Assembly (NCBI GenBank): GCA_030141605.1
Contig: JAQGDQ010001744.1
Span: forward strand, 1-27,078
Reading direction: 5' to 3'
Source of the DNA: Tubiluchus corallicola
Taxonomy: Eukaryota > Animalia > Priapulida
Length of the DNA stretch: 27,078 nt
This document shows positions 21,556 to 27,078 of the stretch, piece by piece. A program made the translations under genes and the position numbers. Every line of letters begins with the position of its first letter. Positions within the stretch are counted from its first letter, which is position 1. The notes beneath the pieces are model-generated. The model searched no databases. It was not told the DNA's origin and was given only the letters and a program-made list of their open reading frames with translations.

Positions 21556-21754
21556 GTAACGTTGCTTAGGGCATTGTATATTACGTGAATGGAATACTGA
21601 TTCCTTGAATTGGTACTAAAACGTGGAGAAACTTACAAGTTCACCATAAAGTGCACCTGGAAAAAACGCAAATGTGACCGCTCAATATCATCCAGTATAC
21701 ATCTCAACTGACCCAGTTGGAGGATATACCCATCACACTCCAGAGCAAAGGAAG
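21556..21754 (+). pseudogene. Skeletor-like exon 2, disrupted
   Basis: cttag|GNVA*(21567-21569)GIVYYVNGILIP, frameshift near 21606, ELVLKRGETYKFTI, frameshift near 21649, SAPGKNANVTAQYHPVYISTDPVGGYTHHTPEQRK|gc. Matches WGI.WYINGLLIPE..V.RG..YTF...A.YHPFYIT.D..GG. Confidence 0.85.
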
Positions 21755-21784
21755 GCATTAGAAAAAGTGGATAAGTGTGCATTG

Positions 21785-22062
21785 TTGACATTACTGAGTG
21801 TGTGACATCGGTGACATTAGACATGCCAATTTAGAGTGACTGAATTTATAGAGCAGTTATAGTAATACTGAAAATGAATGATGTGCACTGTTATTTTTGA
21901 CATTACTGAGTGTGTGACATCGGTGACATTAGACATACCAATTTAGAGTGACTGAAGTTATAGAGCAGTTATAGTAAAACTGAAAATGAATGATGTGCAC
22001 TGTTATTTTTGACATTACTGAGAATGTGACGTTAAAAATGTCAATTTAGAGTGATTGAATTT
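21785..22062. repeat. Tandem duplication, 112-bp unit, ~2.4 copies
   Basis: ttgacattactgag starts at 21785, 21897 and 22009. Confidence 0.9.
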
Positions 22063-22114
22063 GTTTATCTTAACACATTCTTTTAGCTCTTTTTTGTAAT
22101 TTAATTTTTTTCAG

Positions 22115-22169
22115 AAAATCAAAGTATTTGCTGGCATCGGCAATTACGGAAAACCAACAAAAGGTGCAG
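22115..22169 (+). pseudogene. Skeletor-like exon 3
   Basis: ttttttcag|KIKVFAGIGNYGKPTKGA G|gtgagc; phase 0 to phase 1, compatible with the flanking exons. Confidence 0.75.
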
Positions 22170-23157
22170 GTGAGCATCTCCAAGCAAGTTAAGCTAAAAC
22201 AAAGCATTACCAATACTCTGATGATGGAGAAATGGAATTCTTGAAGCGAAAATAACTATCAGCACCCTCTTAAGCAAGTATATGGATATGTGTTCCCATA
22301 TAATTATCAGCAACGTTTGCCCCATAGCATGGTAATGACAACGCAACAACCAAGAAAGGCCTGTCCATGACCATGTTATGGGTGAAAACGTTGCAGATGA
22401 CTGTATTGGAACAAGCAGCCATGTCTTTACTAAGGAGAGTGCTGGAAATTATTTTCATCAGTACCGATGCACAATTACTGGATTTTGTGATGCGTGATCG
22501 ACGAATTTCTCTAAAAAAATTACTCTTCCAACCAGGAGGAAACAAATTAGGAGAAGTTGTGGTGTTATTCGTCGATTTATTGTCAGTACTTCGAGTATTA
22601 TCTGGTATTCAGAGCTTTTGTCATGAAGCCATTGGTTTCCCAATTAACTGTTGATAGCTCATAAGTAATACGCCATTCTAACTCTTGAAAAGAAGTAGTG
22701 TCAGGTTCAAATCTTGGTCGAAGAGTGATTTTTTGTTTTTGCTTTCTAGGCAATTTAATACATTCACATTAAAGTTGTTTATTTATTTGCTGCTGCTCAC
22801 TTGCATAACAATGAAATCTTGTTTATGTGAGGAAATTGCGTTTATAATTTATACCAGTCTAATAGGTCCAACCAGTCTAATCCAGGATTTTGATATAATA
22901 GCTAATTACCCCAGGTAGTAGTCATAAAGTAACTTTGCATTAATTTTGCAATGCATCTTCCCAATTTGTTTTTTTAGTTGGGGCTTTTTCTCGGCGCCTT
23001 TGGGGCACCATAAAATTACTGTAAAAGGGTAGACCAGAAACAGATCTGTTATACTACTATTAATTGACAATTTTCTTCATTCTTTGTCCAAGGAACTGAT
23101 GGCACACATTGAAAAAAAAACACTTATTTCATGTAAAAGTAATAAAGTTTGCTTTAG

Positions 23158-23327
23158 TTGGAGGATTGTGCATATACGAAATCAATGACAGTTCAAAAAA
23201 ACCAGCCATGTACAAGACATTTGAAGCTTACAAAGAAAATTTGCGATTAGAATGTCACGATCCTAAAGAATATGCAAGTTTCAGTTGGACTCCGAATCAA
23301 AACACGCCAGGTCTGCTCTACTATCAG
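23158..23327 (+). pseudogene. Skeletor-like exon 4
   Basis: gctttag|(V)GGLCIYEINDSSKKPAMYKTFEAYKENLRLECHDPKEYASFSWTPNQNTPGLLYYQ|gttagc. Matches GRLC.W...F..Y..TL.L.C.......WTPD.NTPD.VYYQ. Confidence 0.85.
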
Positions 23328-23358
23328 GTTAGCATCATCAATATAAGAATGGTACCAC

Positions 23359-23488
<130 letters not shown>

Positions 23489-24892
23489 ATCTATATAAAA
23501 ATGGTATCAGTTATTAACTTTCGGTGTTGGTTTGCGTTGAACTGCACAAGTTCGACAGCTCCCACGTGAGCACAGGGGTAAATTTGAAATTTTTATCTTA
23601 AAATTTGCCTACTTTTAGAACAACTCAGTGAATGCCTTACTGTTGCACAGTACTTCAATTTTCCCTTTCGCAAACACGTGCAACATGCTCATGGGATGTT
23701 TTTGCAGTTGAAAATCATGTTAGTTTGTGACGTCATAACTAGTTGGCTCACCCACTGTTCATTAAGTTTTTAATCTATTACTTAATTATCAGAGATACTT
23801 TAACAGTATTAATTGTGTTAAAATGCACACTTTTTAATGGAGTTGAAAATGAAGTAGTGTATAAAAATCATCCTGTCTTCCTTTGACATAGCACGGAGCA
23901 TAAACAGCTCGAGGCAAATGTGCACCACTGCATTCACTTTTTTTAGTTAAATTTATTTTCAGCGCAGTTTGAAGTCAGCTCTGTCATGCAATTATATAAG
24001 GTGAGTGTGTTAATGACCGTATGGTCGTACACTCACCTCGCACTACTCAAATTATTTTATTTAAAGTTTGTTGATGTGTTTGATATTGTATTTTTTGATG
24101 TGTGAAATAAAATTCATAGTCAGGAGATGATTGCTACCTTCTAACTTCTTGACCATGCTTGACCTATCATCTTAATTGCTTAATTATACTACGACACTGT
24201 GCGCAAGATGTCTCCAGCGCATAACTAGTTCCAGTACGCTACGACCTCTCATGCCCTCAGGCGTTTAACTTTCGCTTATGAGGTCATCTCGATAATGCGA
24301 ACACCGGTATCCTACATTAAACTCTTTCTTAACCAGCGTCTCAAAGCGCTGGGCCAGCCTGCAGGCTCCTCATTAGCCTGTGTATTTACTACAGATCTCA
24401 CTGATCTAGTAGAGCCCTTATTTCTGCTAACCTCTATGCCCTCGGGGGCTGCTGAGCTGTGAACTTTATTACTGGGCACACAATTCTCATTTACTGCAGC
24501 AATAATTCTACATTCACGCTTATTCTCTAGGCGTCTACTATTATTTACTATTTTGCAATTTTTACAATTATTCGCTCGAGTTAATTTCTTATCATTCACA
24601 GCGCCGCCTGTCTCCGTCAAATAATCTTTGCTCCAGACGGGGGAGACGACCCGCCGGGAGCCTAGTGGCCTTTGCCTAGGTGCCAGTCCTCCTCTCTGAG
24701 GATTTCTTCCTACTTGACGCTGGTGACCCAGCCATTTTTCGGGAACATTCTTCCTTGGCTCAGGGTGACCTTTCTCTGGTCTCTTAGCGCCTCCAGGTAG
24801 CACTAATTGACATACAGGGCCTTCACTTTCACTGGCTGATTCGGTACCTACATAGTCTATCTCCATAGGCGTATCCATTCTTAGGTGGTGTG

Positions 24893-25660
24893 TTGCCACC
24901 TTTTTGGGAATTTCGGTTTTTTTCTCTCTGGAATGTGGTTACATTTATTTTTGCAAATTTCGGGTTGTTCTCTCCGGAATGTCACCTAATATTTGCGAAT
25001 TTTGGGCTTTTTGTCTCCGGAATGTCGCCACATTTTTGCGAGTTCCTGGTTTTTCCTCTCAAGAATATTGCCACATTTTTGCGAACTTCGGTTTTTTTCT
25101 CTCGGGAATGTGGCAACATTTTATTTTTGCAAATTTCCGATTTTTCTCACGAGAATGTCGCCACATGTTTGCGAAAAAACACATGAGAAAAAACTCGAAA
25201 CTCGCAAAAATGTGGCGACATTCCCGAGAGAAAAACCCGAAATTTGCAAAAAGAAAATGTTGCCACATTCCCGAGAGAAAAAAAAACAGAAATTCCCAAA
25301 AATGTGGCCACTTTCTTGTGAGAAAAAACTCGAAACTCGCAAAAATGTGGCAATATTCTTGAGAGAAAAAACCAGGAACACGCAAAAATTATGCGACATT
25401 CTAGAGAGAAAAATCTTGAGACATTCTTGAGACAAAAAACCCAAAATTCGCAAATATTAGGTGACATTCCGGAGAGAAAAAACCGAAATTCGCAAAAATA
25501 AAATGTTGCCACATTCTCGTGAGAAAAAACCCGAAACTCGCAAACATTAGGTGACATTCCGGAGAGAAAAAATCGAAATTCGCAAAAATAAAATGTTGCC
25601 ACATTCTCGTGAGAAAAAACCCGAAACTCGCAAAAATGTGGCGACATTCTCGTGAGAAAA
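24893..25660. repeat. Inverted (foldback-like) array of ~43-bp modules
   Basis: Left arm 24893-25175 (gaatgtcgccacatttttgcga...ttttttctc) is the reverse complement of the right arm ~25185-25660 (gagaaaaaa...tcgcaaaaatgtggcgacattc), with diagnostic variants in mirrored order. Confidence 0.88.
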
Positions 25661-27078
25661 GTCAGTGTTTAAGTTCTGATGAGAATCACTCTTCTCAGTA
25701 TTAGAACATTCAGAACAATAAGTTCCAACTTATAAGTAATTGATAATTACTCCTCCTTTACCACTGTGATGGTCCCCCATCCAGCAGATTACTACAACTA
25801 ATTATTTTTCACATTAAGTATTGTTTAAGAATTGTTTACCTAATGATTGATAATATTGATGTATTGATTTTTATGTTCCAATCTTGTGCTGCCATCTTTA
25901 GTCAAGAGTAGCATTATTTTCGATGAAGTTACCATTAAATGAAGCCATTTTTCTGTTAAGCTACCTTAAATATGTAATTCAACATGACTTGTATTTTTTA
26001 AGCGAAAGTACGTTTAGCAACATTTCTTTTCCATGATAATATTATCCCCGTGTTTGAACAAGTGTAAAAGCTTCGTCGCTGTACTACTGAGGTCACTTCA
26101 CCCAGAACTCGTTTCTGATTGGTCGGCTAGCTTTCGAGGCCTGGATTAGACGTATTGGCCTACGTGGCAGAGAGAGTAGAATGGCCGTGTTGAAAAATGG
26201 TCAGGTATAACAATATCATGGTTTCTTTTACGATGATTGAACAAGAAATGGATGGTTTGTTCATTACTATGTTGTTTTTATTCATTGGTGAACGCTGTTC
26301 CTGTTCGGTTGGTGAAACCTCGTCAGTTATGCAATTGCTGAGAGACATTTGTTAAATTAGGCATTCATTACACAGCCTAATCACCTCCTCGTTGGATAAA
26401 GATATTGTCACCTTTGACTTCACGTTCGATGATCTAAATCGCTTCCGTTCTGTGTGGGAACTCGGAGGAGATGATCTTCTCATTATCCGATCTCCAGAGA
26501 CTCTACTACGTGTCCGGCCTGTTGGAGGGAAAGCTGTGTAAACCGAATTCTGCTGCATTACCACAACGTGCGTGAGGAAGGACCGGTCCTACCCAAGTAC
26601 TGGAGGAGACCTCGCCTTGTATGCAGGACGTCACGTGAGCGCAAGAAGTATTACAATATTCATATGTTACTATGTTATTTGTCAGCTAAATTAGACTGAT
26701 TCATTGCAGTAACGATGTGGATTTAATTGTTTTACTCAGGTAACGATAATTACTTAATGCCTAATATAGGCACATTATGTTCAAATGTTACATTGGTGTC
26801 AGAAGTTTTACCGAGTTTAATATTAATAGTATATAATTGATATTGCCTTCCTATTAGCACTTAAATGCAGTGGAACTGCTATGTTGGTTGTGAAAATGTT
26901 ATAATTTTCAACCTGTTGCATAAATATTAGTAATTTGCTTAAACTGATTAAGCGACTAGTAAGCTTTTGGTAACTGTGAAGGATATCACGTTAATTCACT
27001 GGAATTTTCCCAAGAATTTATTCAGTACAGGCTGTATAATCTAATCCGTTTCTCTAAACTAGATATAGCCATTTCTAG

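Noticed and set aside
22270-22918. Overlapping 60-95 aa ORFs in the Skeletor-like intron
   Set aside because: No recognisable homology on either strand.
23963-24000. Exon-like 38-nt segment (ttttcag|...AAG|gtgagt) as the next Skeletor exon
   Set aside because: Its translation lacks the expected C..H..LGWK motif; left unassigned.
24890-25647. Multiple 67-166 aa ORFs on both strands
   Set aside because: Translations of the inverted 43-bp satellite.
25673-25712. CTGATGAG as a hammerhead ribozyme core
   Set aside because: No GAAA after the putative stem II and no stem III/NUH; it reads as a simple imperfect hairpin.
26290-26335. Minus-strand CTGACGAG-stem-CGAAC as a hammerhead ribozyme
   Set aside because: Has GAAC rather than GAAA, and no consistent stems I/III were found.

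Overview
AT-rich, intron-containing eukaryotic DNA, probably from an invertebrate animal. It is not prokaryotic, and most entries in the supplied ORF track are spurious. All gene calls come from manual translation and motif recall, with no database search. The main gene is a minus-strand, multi-exon secreted tectonin/tachylectin-1-like beta-propeller lectin (CDS 16799->12238). It has a signal peptide and a 3x3 repeat design, but half of repeat 4 is missing and the exon 3/exon 4 splice phases conflict. Around it are orphan or broken fragments of unrelated genes: one SLC10 bile-acid transporter exon, two pentraxin/LamG-like exons, a DCPS first exon with a stop and a frameshift, and four Skeletor/knickkopf-like exons with a stop and frameshifts. 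A full-length 5S rRNA copy has no terminator and runs into a ~555-nt body ending in a stem-loop and an AAT tail, making it a candidate SINE3. Other repeats: two Kolobok-type TTAA MITEs, two Harbinger-type MITEs, two LINE 3' remnants, tandem arrays of 71, 70, 40, 22 and 112 bp (the 40-bp array has a 481-bp higher-order duplication), a foldback-like inverted satellite, and microsatellites.
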